A stretch of 64,000 nucleotides of DNA from NCBI GenBank assembly GCA_963666315.2, contig CAXXHG010000036.1, forward strand, positions 73,830-137,829. Reading direction: 5' to 3'. The notes under the pieces were generated by a model. It did no database searches, was not told the origin of the DNA, and saw nothing but the letters and a program-made list of their open reading frames with translations. Of the stretch, positions 18,410 to 28,104 are shown piece after piece. A program made the position numbers and the translations under genes. The stretch comes from Candidatus Binatia bacterium (lineage in GTDB: Bacteria; Desulfobacterota; Binatia; Bin18). The stretch's first letter is position 1, and every line of letters begins with the position of its first letter.

Positions 18410-19648
18410 CTACTTCTTTGGGTCCTCGACAAGGACGCCTTGCTCACGCAGGGCTTGAATCCTCTCCGGCGTATACCCACACAGGTCCTGCAGTAATTCT
18501 TGTGTATGTTGACCCAGCCGTGAGGCCGGCCCGGGGATACGAGGCGGGGTTTTGGAAAACTTATGCGGCGACTTGAGTAGCATGAGTTCTCCGTAGCCGG
18601 GATTCGGGGGTTTTTCTACCATGCGCTTACTCAAGTGCGGATCAGTGGCAAACTGGCCGATGGACAAAATGGGAGCAACCGGCAGCCGTAATTCATCGGC
18701 CAATATTCGAATCGCTGCTTCGTCGCTCGGCAGCGATTGCAGCCACTCCTCAATAATGACCCGCAGCGCGGCTGCATTTTGAATCCGCCAGCGGTTTGTT
18801 TTAAATTCAGGCGAGGTCAGTAGGTCTTCGCGCCCCATACGTTTCACCATCGTCACCCAGTGATCTTCGGTAATCAGTCCAATGGCGATATAGCCGTCTT
18901 TCGACTTAAACGACCCATAGGGGAAGGCGCCAGCGCGCTGCGTCCCGCCGCGCTGCGGATCTACCTCACCATCGGTCACGCTATACGCGGCGAGGGCCCA
19001 GTCGTGGGAGTTATACGTACAGTCCACCAAGGCTAAATCAATATATTGGCCTTCGCCCGTGCGCTGACGGTGAAACAGGGCCGCCATGATTGCACCAAAG
19101 GCATTCAGGGCCGCCATGTGATCACCAATCGCCGAGCCCGGATAGGCCGGATAGCCATCCGGATCACCAACCATATGGAGTACACCGCCTACGGCTAACG
19201 CCACGAGATCGTTTCCAATCCGGCGCGAATACGGCCCAGTCTGGCCATAGGTTGAGACTGAACACATGATGATCTTGGGGTTGAGCTGTGAGACCGATTC
19301 ATACGTAAAGCCGTAATTGGCCATAATGCCGGGCGTAAAATTTTCAAACAAGACGTCCGCAGACTTGATCAAGTCTTGAATAACCTGCTGTCCTGCCGGC
19401 GTCTTTATGTCCACGCAGATACTCTTCTTGCCCCGGTTGTGCATGATGAAATAACTCGGGGTTGCGCCGTCACGTCCATCTTTGGGAACAATGCGAATAT
19501 GCCGACTATGCTCACCCTTGGGCGGGAGTTCGACTTTGATCACCTCTGCCCCCAGATCAACCATAAGCCGCGTGGCCTGAGGGCCAGCTAGCCACTGCGT
19601 CAAATCAAGAATACGAATTCCTTCAAGAATCTGTGTTGGCGTACTCAT
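18410..19648 (-). CDS. Family III CoA-transferase (CaiB/BaiF)
   Basis: LEGIRILDL, AGP, DLGAEVIKVE, NRGKKS, ENFTPG, YGQTGP. Confidence 0.93.
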   Translation of the reverse strand: MSTPTQILEGIRILDLTQWLAGPQATRLMVDLGAEVIKVELPPKGEHSRHIRIVPKDGRDGATPSYFIMHNRGKKSICVDIKTPAGQQVIQDLIKSADVLFENFTPGIMANYGFTYESVSQLNPKIIMCSVSTYGQTGPYSRRIGNDLVALAVGGVLHMVGDPDGYPAYPGSAIGDHMAALNAFGAIMAALFHRQRTGEGQYIDLALVDCTYNSHDWALAAYSVTDGEVDPQRGGTQRAGAFPYGSFKSKDGYIAIGLITEDHWVTMVKRMGREDLLTSPEFKTNRWRIQNAAALRVIIEEWLQSLPSDEAAIRILADELRLPVAPILSIGQFATDPHLSKRMVEKPPNPGYGELMLLKSPHKFSKTPPRIPGPASRLGQHTQELLQDLCGYTPERIQALREQGVLVEDPKK

Positions 19649-19717
19649 CGTGTCTCCCCCGCCCTAGACCGTCGGACAGAATATTCCCAACCTGCTCAAC
19701 CTTGCCGACCAGAGTGA

Positions 19718-20479
19718 TTATATGCTCTTGCCTGCGGCAAACCCGCCATCAATGGGGATGGTTGCCCCAGTCATAAAGTTCGCGTCAGCCGAGGCCAAAA
19801 ACAACATCAGCGCGGCAATTTCTTCCGGCTGAGCCCAACGACCTGCGGGATGGGCCTTCTTGAGCGAGGCGACGACATCGGGGTTATCGAAATACCCAGC
19901 CGTCATCGACGTTTCGACTACGCCGGGTGCAATCGCGTTCACCTGAATATTCTTGTCGCCCAATTCCATAGCCATCTCTTTGGTGAGGCCGACTACCGCG
20001 TGTTTCGATGCAACATAGGCCGCACGGTTGGGCACCGCCATGAGACCAGCGACGGAAGAGAGATTAATAATTTTTCCGCCTTTGCCTTGAGCGACCAGGT
20101 GTTGCGCCACGGCTTGGCTACACAAAAACGTCCCGGTCAGGTTCGTACCGATGACCTTCAGCCACTCTTCCGCCAGCAACTCCAAGAACGGCACAATCTC
20201 CCGCACGCCTGCGCTGTTTATGAGCACATCGAGTGATCCCAGTCCGGCGACTGCGTTAGCCACCATCGCCTGTACGGAATCCGGCTCCATCACGTTCACC
20301 TGGACGGCAATGGCTTTTCGGCCGAGTCCTTCCACCGCTTGAACCGTGGCCTGTGCACTCTCAAGGCGCACATCGGCCGCGGCAATCGCCGCGCCTTCTT
20401 TGGCAAACGCCAGACTAGCCGCCCGCCCAATACCACTCCCGGCACCAGTAATAAGTACGTTGGTCTTTTCAAATCGCAT
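19718..20479 (-). CDS. Short-chain dehydrogenase/reductase
   Basis: TGAGSGIG, NSAG, YVASK, NAIAPG; GGAGG RBS. Confidence 0.92.
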   Translation of the reverse strand: MRFEKTNVLITGAGSGIGRAASLAFAKEGAAIAAADVRLESAQATVQAVEGLGRKAIAVQVNVMEPDSVQAMVANAVAGLGSLDVLINSAGVREIVPFLELLAEEWLKVIGTNLTGTFLCSQAVAQHLVAQGKGGKIINLSSVAGLMAVPNRAAYVASKHAVVGLTKEMAMELGDKNIQVNAIAPGVVETSMTAGYFDNPDVVASLKKAHPAGRWAQPEEIAALMLFLASADANFMTGATIPIDGGFAAGKSI

Positions 20480-20537
20480 ACAGTCCTCCAGAATCTCCAA
20501 AACAAAAGGCGCGGCAGGCTGCCCCTCTCCAGGCTCT

Positions 20538-21554
20538 TTAATGCTGTAGGCTCGGCATTACTTCATGAGCAAATAGCTCCAGCGAACGCGTAGATTTTTT
20601 TGGATCCATCCCCGCCAGCTGCGTACTCATAATAAAATGCGTACACTGAAACTCCTTTTGGAAACGTTGCATCTTTTCGGCAACTTGATGCGGCGTACCG
20701 ATCATGACCGCCTCGCCAAAAGCTGAGTTGCGCAGTTCTTCAGGCTTCTTAAATGTCCATACATCTTTATCGCCCGGCGCATCGTTGGCCTCGGCAAGGA
20801 TATGGCCGTAGAACTCCATCATGCTGAAGAGATGCTCCTGGCATTCCGCCCATGCCTGGTCTTCCGTGTCAGCAATATATACCAAACGCAACTGGGCAAT
20901 ATTGAATGCAGCAGGGTTACGGCCATATTTTTTGAGCTCATCAATATACCACGGGGCTGGATCAGGGCCGACGGTCGCCATGAGATGGCAGCCCGTCTGC
21001 GCCACTTTGCGTGTCGCTTTTTCCGCACGAGCGCCTATCCATAGCGGCAGGGGCTGTTGAACCGGCTTAGGACTTAGGGTGAGGTCTTTGACTTGCGTAA
21101 AACGTCCAGCAAATGTGACATTGTCCTCGGTCCAGACTTTCTGAATGAGCTCGACTCCCTCGCGCATCCGAGCTGAACGTTCTTTACGCGGCATACACAA
21201 CGCGTCGAACTCCATATACGAATACCCTTGTCCTACGCCCAACTCGAACCGCCCATTGGACCAAATATCCACACAGGCCGAATCTTCAGCAACCCGAATA
21301 GGATGTTGAAACGGTAGGAGCAAAATGAATGTCCCTATACGAATCTGACTGGTCCGCGTCGCAATCGCGGCTGCCGTCGGCAGGAGGGAGGGGTTGTATC
21401 CATCCTGTGTAAAATGGTGCTCGGTCAGCCAGACGTTGTCATAGCCGAGCTCTTCAGCCCGGATCGTTTGTTCCAGCAGTGTGTTATACAGCTCGGGGAA
21501 CGGTCGCCGCCAGGGTTCAGGGTTTCGGAAATCCTGCATAAATCCAAATTTCAT
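20538..21554 (-). CDS. LLM-class flavin-dependent oxidoreductase
   Basis: WLTEHHF, HPIRVAED, GRFELGVGQGY, PKPVQQP, FAHEVMP; AGGAGG RBS. Confidence 0.9.
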   Translation of the reverse strand: MKFGFMQDFRNPEPWRRPFPELYNTLLEQTIRAEELGYDNVWLTEHHFTQDGYNPSLLPTAAAIATRTSQIRIGTFILLLPFQHPIRVAEDSACVDIWSNGRFELGVGQGYSYMEFDALCMPRKERSARMREGVELIQKVWTEDNVTFAGRFTQVKDLTLSPKPVQQPLPLWIGARAEKATRKVAQTGCHLMATVGPDPAPWYIDELKKYGRNPAAFNIAQLRLVYIADTEDQAWAECQEHLFSMMEFYGHILAEANDAPGDKDVWTFKKPEELRNSAFGEAVMIGTPHQVAEKMQRFQKEFQCTHFIMSTQLAGMDPKKSTRSLELFAHEVMPSLQH

Positions 21555-21819
21555 ACAATCGCCCTCCTTATTGTGAAAACCTGACTCGGTCGTCACAATT
21601 CGCTTTATCACGCCTTCACCCTGACACTCAAATCCCCCCAAAGCCCTCCAGAATCGCGCGCGTGCGCCTTGGACACGCACTCAGAAAATACTTCGGAACC
21701 GAAAACGACTACAAACCGCCCTGAAATGAGCCATATTGGCCCATAAATTAAGCTGATTTGGCCACTATAGGGCGCCGACCACGCCCGATATAAAGTATAA
21801 TCGTTACTAAAGACAACCC

Positions 21820-23003
21820 ATGAAAAAACGCATTTCCATCGATCAGCTCCGGCCCGGCATGTTCATCGTGAAGACGGCCCAGTCATGGCTGAAGACACCC
21901 TTCTTGCGCAAGAAATTGCTCATTCAGGCTGAGAGCGATGTGACAGCGCTCAGAGAATCCGGGGTAAAAGCGGTGGTGATTGAATGACTGCGCGGAGACG
22001 ACGCCGTTCAGTCCGATCCTCAGCCAGCGGCCGCCGATCTTTCAGCTCAGGTGCAAGCAGTGCCCCCTGAAGACTAGCCCACTCCCTCCCAAACGGGACA
22101 AGGTCTTGCTCAGGAAGAGAGCTCAAATACCTCAGTCGAAGTAGTCTTTACACAGGAGGAACAGTCTATACTTGACGCGGCACTAGAGAATATGGCCTGC
22201 CATCAAGACCTCTTGAACGAAACGATCGCCTCGTTTCTCGCCGAGTATCCGAAGACCCTGGAACGCATACAGAGGGCGATGAAGGCAGGCGAGGGCGAAA
22301 TCATAGAATACGAAGCCGCCTCGCTCAAGAATGCCACGGGCAATTCATGGGCCAAAGACGCATTCAACGCGGCACTCCAGGTCGAACAGTTCGGAAAAAA
22401 TCAGAAGTTCGCCCGTATCCCCGAAAGCTGATTACGCTGACGAAGGACCTCGAACGATTCCACAAGATCCTCTTGCATATCCGTCCGGCCGGCCGCCGTC
22501 TTCAACGCCCTGCCACTCAAACGGAACAGAGCGCCCCACACGAGAACACGGCGATGAGCACTTGCGAGGTCCTCATCGCTGATGCAGGTCAGACCTCGCG
22601 GACCACGCTGCGTGAACTGCTGCGGCAGCAGGGTATTCAAAATATCAGAGAGGTCGAAGACGGGGTTGCCGTACTGAACGCCCTCCACGAGTCTCAGCCC
22701 CACTTGATCATCTCAGACTGGCATTTATCGGGCATACGCAGCATCGACCTGCTGCGCATTATACGCCAAGATGACAAACTCAAAGCCATTCCCATGATGA
22801 TGGTGACTGACACCGCAACGCGCGCTGAAGTCATCGAGGCCTACCAAGCCGGAGCGAATGGCTATCTGCTGAGGCCATTCAGCCCCCAGCTCTTAGCCGA
22901 ACAACTCAAGAAAGTCCCGGCCTCCTACGAGGCGGCTTTTGCTGCCGGCTACGGCTGCTCCCTCGGCCCATTCCGCTCAGACCCTTTACCTTACTTGTCC
23001 TGA
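21820..23003 (+). pseudogene. Degenerate DUF3391 - HPt - CheY-like receiver protein
   Basis: ATG 21820 MKKRISIDQLRPGMFIV..SWLKTPF (DUF3391), in frame with HPt-like ORF 22192 across TGA 21985 and TAG 22075; frameshift near 22425 into receiver (LIISDW, GANGYLLRPF). Confidence 0.7.
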
Positions 23004-23087
23004 CTCAACAATTGAGAAAAGTCCTTCCTCGGCGTGCATTGACCCTCGCTGCGTAAGCGGCCGCCGTCTTCCCGCGCGCCTCCTTGG

Positions 23088-24390
23088 CTATATTTCTTCA
23101 ACAATAGGCGGTCGCCGTTTGCCCACCTGAGTCGCCTGTTCAAAAGCATGGGCGAGTTGGAGCACGCCAAAATCGTCTTGATGGCGACCAACAATCTGTA
23201 CGCCAACGGGTAAGCCTTCGGGTGTAAAGCCACACGGCACAGCGATGGCGGGCAATCCCGTTACGCTGATGTAGTAACACGAGCGCATCCAGTCCACATA
23301 CGTCTCCATTTGTACACCGTTAATCTCACGGACGTAGCGCTGTTTGACATCAAACGGCGGTACTTGAGAGACCGGAAGAACCAGAAACTCGTACTGTTCC
23401 GTAAACTCGCGCACCCGGTGATAGAGGGCAGTCCGCTTCTTTTCGGCTCGTCCGATCTGCGGACCTGTCAGCTGGGCTCCTTCTTCAATATTCCAGATGA
23501 CTGTATCTTTCATGTGGTCCCGATGTTCGGGCAGCAACTCGCCCAAAGCCAGCTCAAAATACCACGCCCGCCACACACGAAAGACCTCATCCGCATCTCG
23601 GAAGTCCGGCGTTGCTTCTTCCAGCACACAGCCCAGGTCTTCAAATATAGACCGCTTACTGTGCAGTACCGCTGTCACACGCGCATCTATCGGCAGGCCA
23701 TCTAGCGTCGGACTCCACGCGATGGGAGTGCCAGCGAAAGACCGCTCCAGCGGTTGTAAAAACTGCGCGGCCGACTCACTGTTGGCAATCGGCACGCGCG
23801 GATCAGGTCCGGCCATGACACTGAGCAGCAAAGCTACGTCTTGCACCGTACGGGCCATAGGGCCTTCGACCGTAAGCGGGAACCAGGCCACGCGATGCGG
23901 ACACAGCGGCCCCGCCACTGCTGCCGCCACACGTTGTCGTCAGATCGTACGGATTCAGCGTTTCGCCAAATACTTCGTTATAGGTTTGCGAGCCGGCGCC
24001 AAACTCGGGCGTATTGGTTTTTCCTATAACAATCGCTCCAGCCCCACGCAGACGCTCGACAATAATCTCGTCTTGGTCAGGAATAAAATTAGCGAAAATT
24101 GGTGAGCCGAGTGTAGTCCGGATTCCCTTGGTGAGCACCAAGTCTTTGTGGGCGATCGGCAGGCCATGCAACGGGCCCACCGCCCCTCCCCGCGCCAGTG
24201 TCTCATCCGCGTCTTGCGCGTGCGCCCGCCCTCGGTCTGCAAGCAGCGTGACAATGGCATTCAGCTGGGGATTGAGGCGATCAATCTGCGCTAAGTGCGC
24301 CGCCATCACCTCGCGACACGAGACCTCTTTATTACGAATGCGTCGAGCTAGTTCTGTTGCGGTCAGAAAGCAGAGTTCAGTTGAGGACAT
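23088..24390 (-). pseudogene. Amidase-signature family amidase with internal deletion and frameshift
   Basis: GLPIAHKD, GKTNTPEF, GGSSGG present; GSDxGGSxRxPA segment missing near 23900; C-terminal half in another frame. Confidence 0.85.
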
Positions 24391-24543
24391 AGCCACCCCC
24401 TTGCTCGGCAGGCTAGTAGAATGTGTCATACCCGCGAACGCAGGCAGGTGAAAGGCATCTCTTCTCGCCCTCTTGGGCTCATCACACAACAGTTTTGGGC
24501 GGGGGAATTATCGTACGGAGAATGCAGTCTAACTTATTTGATC

Positions 24544-24876
24544 CTACTGATCCTGCTTATGCTGCGACCCTACAATATACCCACCGTCTTTTTGCAGGAT
24601 GGCCCGGGCCACGTCTTTCGCATCCACCCCATACGTGCCGTCTTCAATCTGTTCTCTGATCGCTCTCACCGTCTCGGCACGCTGCGTTTGCGTACTCTGG
24701 GTGACAGCTGCGGCGTGTTGGCGCCCAGCGGATGAAATACTTACGCGCGTGGCATCATCGGGTTGTCCAGATTGCTCAGTCTGCCGAGATTTGTGCTCAT
24801 TCGTCGCAGCCGGATTGTTGGTTCGGCTCAGTCGATCCGCATTGATATCGGCCGGACCACTATCGGTTATTTTCAT
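24544..24876 (-). CDS. flgM: Anti-sigma28 factor FlgM-like protein
   Basis: MKI...VSISS...RAETVRAIREQIEDGTYGVDAKDVARAIL C-terminal signature; AAGGAG RBS. Confidence 0.7.
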   Translation of the reverse strand: MKITDSGPADINADRLSRTNNPAATNEHKSRQTEQSGQPDDATRVSISSAGRQHAAAVTQSTQTQRAETVRAIREQIEDGTYGVDAKDVARAILQKDGGYIVGSQHKQDQ

Positions 24877-25142
24877 ATCCTCTCCTTGTTGCAGAGGCCC
24901 CCGCTGCCCTCAGGATATCCCCACTCCTATACGAGAGCGCGCCTTACGTCTTTGTCACGTCTTGAATATAGATTTTCCTCCCATCTTTACCAGTATGCAA
25001 CCCGCATTGTTCAAAGAAAATACCCTTACACAGGCTGCACGTACTTCCCCTCTCACTGTGACTGGGGCAGATACTCGCGTCACGTATCGTCACTCATTAA
25101 CCCTCAAAAAAAGCCTGGACTAAACCCGTTTCATTCCCTCTT

Positions 25143-25472
25143 CTACCATTTCCACTTCTTTTCTCCTGCGATTGCCCTGTCCATCTCATCGTCAATGATC
25201 GTAGGTAATATTGCCCCCTCACTATCGGGCCCGCGCCCACAGTGCGGACACGGCTCACCCACCGCTACACCCCTGTCCCTGCCGAATGCCGAACTCAACT
25301 CATTCACTCCACGCTGCACCGCCGCAATGACCGCAGACAAACCAAAACTCAGCGTCATAATAACGAGGGCCATACCGGCTTCAATCTCATAAATTGCGTT
25401 ACGCCCACCGGCCAAGACCGCCGCAGCAAAGACTAAACTCAACATCCCCCAGATCCTGAGCAATGACGCCAC
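25143..25472 (-). CDS. Hypothetical membrane protein (2 TM, CPHCG)
   Basis: AGGAGG RBS before GTG; two hydrophobic segments. Confidence 0.5.
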   Translation of the reverse strand: MASLLRIWGMLSLVFAAAVLAGGRNAIYEIEAGMALVIMTLSFGLSAVIAAVQRGVNELSSAFGRDRGVAVGEPCPHCGRGPDSEGAILPTIIDDEMDRAIAGEKKWKW

Positions 25473-25644
25473 ATGAACGCCTCCTACACTGGGTTAGAGA
25501 CGTCACTGCCTACCATGTTTTGCGCCATTTGCATATGAAAAGTAGACACCCAAACTCAATAAAGGCGGGGTTGAGGCGATCCGGCCCCAGGCCACCACAA
25601 CGACAATCCGCGGCCAATGCCTGCCCATGCATTCCAAAAATCGT

Positions 25645-25965
25645 TCATATTTTGAAACCTCCGTTCAGCGTGGCTTTGCTTCGGTCGATAAGGTTTGCAT
25701 CAGTATCGCGATGGTAGAGAGGTTCGAGTTCTTCTAGATATTCGAGACGAGCATTTACGCTCTGCATCCGGATATCGAGACGCAAAATTTGTTCACCGAG
25801 GCTCTGTAAAACATCGGTCATAGTCAGAATTGAGTGTTTTACGAGATGGTCGTGCTCCTGGGCGTCATGCCCGCGTCGATGAGTATTCTCTGTATCCTCA
25901 GGTCCCTCTTCCTGCACAATTTCTATTTCCCCTTCTGTTAGGTCGTGTTGTATTTTCTTAATCAT
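25645..25965 (-). CDS. Hypothetical protein with coiled-coil C-terminus (frame open to 26322)
   Basis: AGGGAG RBS before ATG 25965; LQSLGEQILRLDIRMQSVNARLEYLEEL heptads. Confidence 0.45.
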   Translation of the reverse strand: MIKKIQHDLTEGEIEIVQEEGPEDTENTHRRGHDAQEHDHLVKHSILTMTDVLQSLGEQILRLDIRMQSVNARLEYLEELEPLYHRDTDANLIDRSKATLNGGFKI

Positions 25966-26552
25966 GCATGTCTCCCTGCGCACTTCAGAACCTGCCCTAC
26001 TTAAAAGTAGGTAGAGTCCTGCGATTGCTCGTGCGGGATCTGAACCGTGCAATGCAGAGAGCGTTTCAGCCGACTGCTGCCTACTGATTAGGAGGGGGAT
26101 ATCGACCTGATCAACACTACCGGTGGGGCTAAGGTCGTCGTTGTTGTTTGCGGTTGGTGGGATGTCTTTGTGGAACAGATCTTTCTTGAGGGTCAAATCA
26201 TTGAGATCAATCCGGACTAAGCCCTGCCAGACCAAATCCTGCCAGACTAAGTCCCATGGACTCGTCCTCGAGAGTTTCGATTCGAAAAATACAGGAATAA
26301 TGGAGGCCGATGGGGCGACCATGCACGACGCCTTTCTTTCCGCTCCCGCTTATCACGTGCCATCTTCCACACTCCACAAGACAAGACTAGGGCAAAGGGT
26401 GAATCGTTGTCAAGAATAATTAGATAATGTAACCTATTGATTTCATGTAATTATTTATGTCTGGGGCTAGCAGACGAGAAGAAACCCATATTCGATTGCG
26501 GACTTGACCGAACGGTTCATCCCCTCTATGCCATGGGCCGGTAGCGGAAGAG

Positions 26553-26988
26553 GTGGAGCTGGTGGCCCCGATCCCCGGTCAGAAGTATGACGTGGTCTGG
26601 ATGGCGTACAACAAGAACAACGCGGTTGACGACCAAGACGACTACCGAGATGGAGCCGCCACGATATCGGGAAATCAGACCGCGCCACGTGAAACCGCAC
26701 CCACCCATGATTGGGAAAGTGCAACTGCAGGATACCCTTGGAGACCAGTATCCCGCCATCTTCAGCGCAGCAGAAGAGTTGGCGGAATTAATTGCGGCTG
26801 AGATTGTGTCCCGCAAAGACGAAGCAGGCGGGCTCACACAGCTCCAGTTTGAATGGGATGAGGGCATTGTCTCGGCAAACGGGGCGTATGTCGATGATAG
26901 AGGCAAACGTGTCGGCAATGCCCAGACGGATAAGCGCACCTCCCCACCCCCTGAAATCCCTGATCCAGAGGCAGATCCGTCGAGGTAG
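26553..26988 (+). pseudogene. Probable fragment of a hypothetical phage-like gene upstream of the methyltransferase
   Basis: Protein-like sequence switches from ORF 26553 to ORF 26587 frame; stop is 7 bp before the MTase ATG. Confidence 0.3.
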
Positions 26989-26995
26989 GCAGCCG

Positions 26996-27760
26996 ATGCC
27001 GCAATGTACCCCGACCTGGCAGAGTCCGAACCAGCGTGTTCAGCTCTACTTGTCCGAGAGTCTCTCCGTCCTCTGCCAGCTGCCCACGGCCAGCGTGGAC
27101 GCCCTTGTCGCCGATCCGCCCTATTCTTCAGGCGGGCGAACTGCAGGCGAGCGCCCAGCGCCGCCGAGTAGAAAGTATGTGACTGGCGGCCAAAAACTCC
27201 ACCGGCCCGACTACCGCGGTGATGGACGTGACCAGCGCTCCTGGGGCTATTGGGTGGCGTTGTGGCTCAGCCAGGGCCTACGGCTGGTCACCGAGTCCGG
27301 CTACTGCCTCATCTTCTCCGATTGGCGTCAGCTCCCACGAGCCATCGATGCCCTGCAAGCCGGCGGCTTCATTTGGCGGGGCCTTGTGGCGTGGGACAAA
27401 ACCGGGGCTGCCAGATCACCCCACACCGGCTATTTTCGGCATCAATTCGAATACGTGCTATGGGGTACGAAGGGCAAGTGTCTCAAAGCCCCAGGCCGAG
27501 GCCCCTGGCCGGGCTGCTACCGTGAGTCAGTCCGTCAGTCCGACAAGCACCATCTCACCGGCGAGCCCACCCAGCTCATGCGCGATCTGATCCAATGCGT
27601 CCCACCCGACGGACTCATCCTCGACCCCTTCATGGGCAGCGGCACCACAGGCGTAGCCGCCCTCCACGAAGGCCGCCGCTTCATCAGCATCGAACAAGAT
27701 TCCACCTATTTTGAGGTGGCCAAGAGCAGGATTGAAGAATCGCTGCGATCCACATCTTGA
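26996..27760 (+). CDS. Site-specific DNA methyltransferase (N4C/N6A, class beta; phage-type, orphan)
   Basis: DPPY motif N-terminal, FSDWRQLP, LDPFMGSGTTG C-terminal; HLTGEP where HxxxKP is usual. Confidence 0.88.
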   Translation: MPQCTPTWQSPNQRVQLYLSESLSVLCQLPTASVDALVADPPYSSGGRTAGERPAPPSRKYVTGGQKLHRPDYRGDGRDQRSWGYWVALWLSQGLRLVTESGYCLIFSDWRQLPRAIDALQAGGFIWRGLVAWDKTGAARSPHTGYFRHQFEYVLWGTKGKCLKAPGRGPWPGCYRESVRQSDKHHLTGEPTQLMRDLIQCVPPDGLILDPFMGSGTTGVAALHEGRRFISIEQDSTYFEVAKSRIEESLRSTS

Positions 27761-27779
27761 CCTTCCCTCCCCCGTTCGC

Positions 27780-27858
27780 CTAGAACCTCCGTATGGCGGA
27801 CAATAACCTCGACTCAAGTATTCATCTCTTTTCGCCATTCTATTCACCTGCAGCAACA
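27780..27858 (-). mobile_element. Putative Tn7/Mu-type transposon end, copy A
   Basis: Minus strand TGTTGCTG CAGGTGAATAGAATGGCGAAAA GAGATGAATACTTGAGTC GAGGTTATT...; 27829..27858 matches 29817..29846 at 28/30. Confidence 0.5.
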
Positions 27859-28104
27859 GACAGCGAGCCTCAATAAGTGTTTGGTGCAGCCTACGGCTGT
27901 GACTAGCAACGGAAATAAAGTCAGCGCACGATCCCCTGAGCGGACGTTTCATCTGGAGCCGCGCGGCGGCCCCCCGCCCCGTGCAATGCATCCGTCTGCC
28001 CGGTTGACAACGGAGGCCTGATAAGGGTTAGGCGATGTACTGTTGGAAAACTGACTCTGACGCCGATTTCATCAGGCTTAGCTCTTCACCGTTTCAGTCG
28101 CGAA

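Noticed and set aside
21766-21792. Possible sigma28 promoter (CCGATAT) upstream of the DUF3391 gene
   Set aside because: The -35 TAAA match and spacing are poor.
26996-27760. Restriction-modification or other defence system
   Set aside because: No endonuclease, specificity subunit or recognisable defence gene adjacent.
28015-28033. Complete attC site at gcctgataagggttaggc
   Set aside because: Far shorter than real attC sites and without L boxes; only the 7-bp core is retained as evidence.
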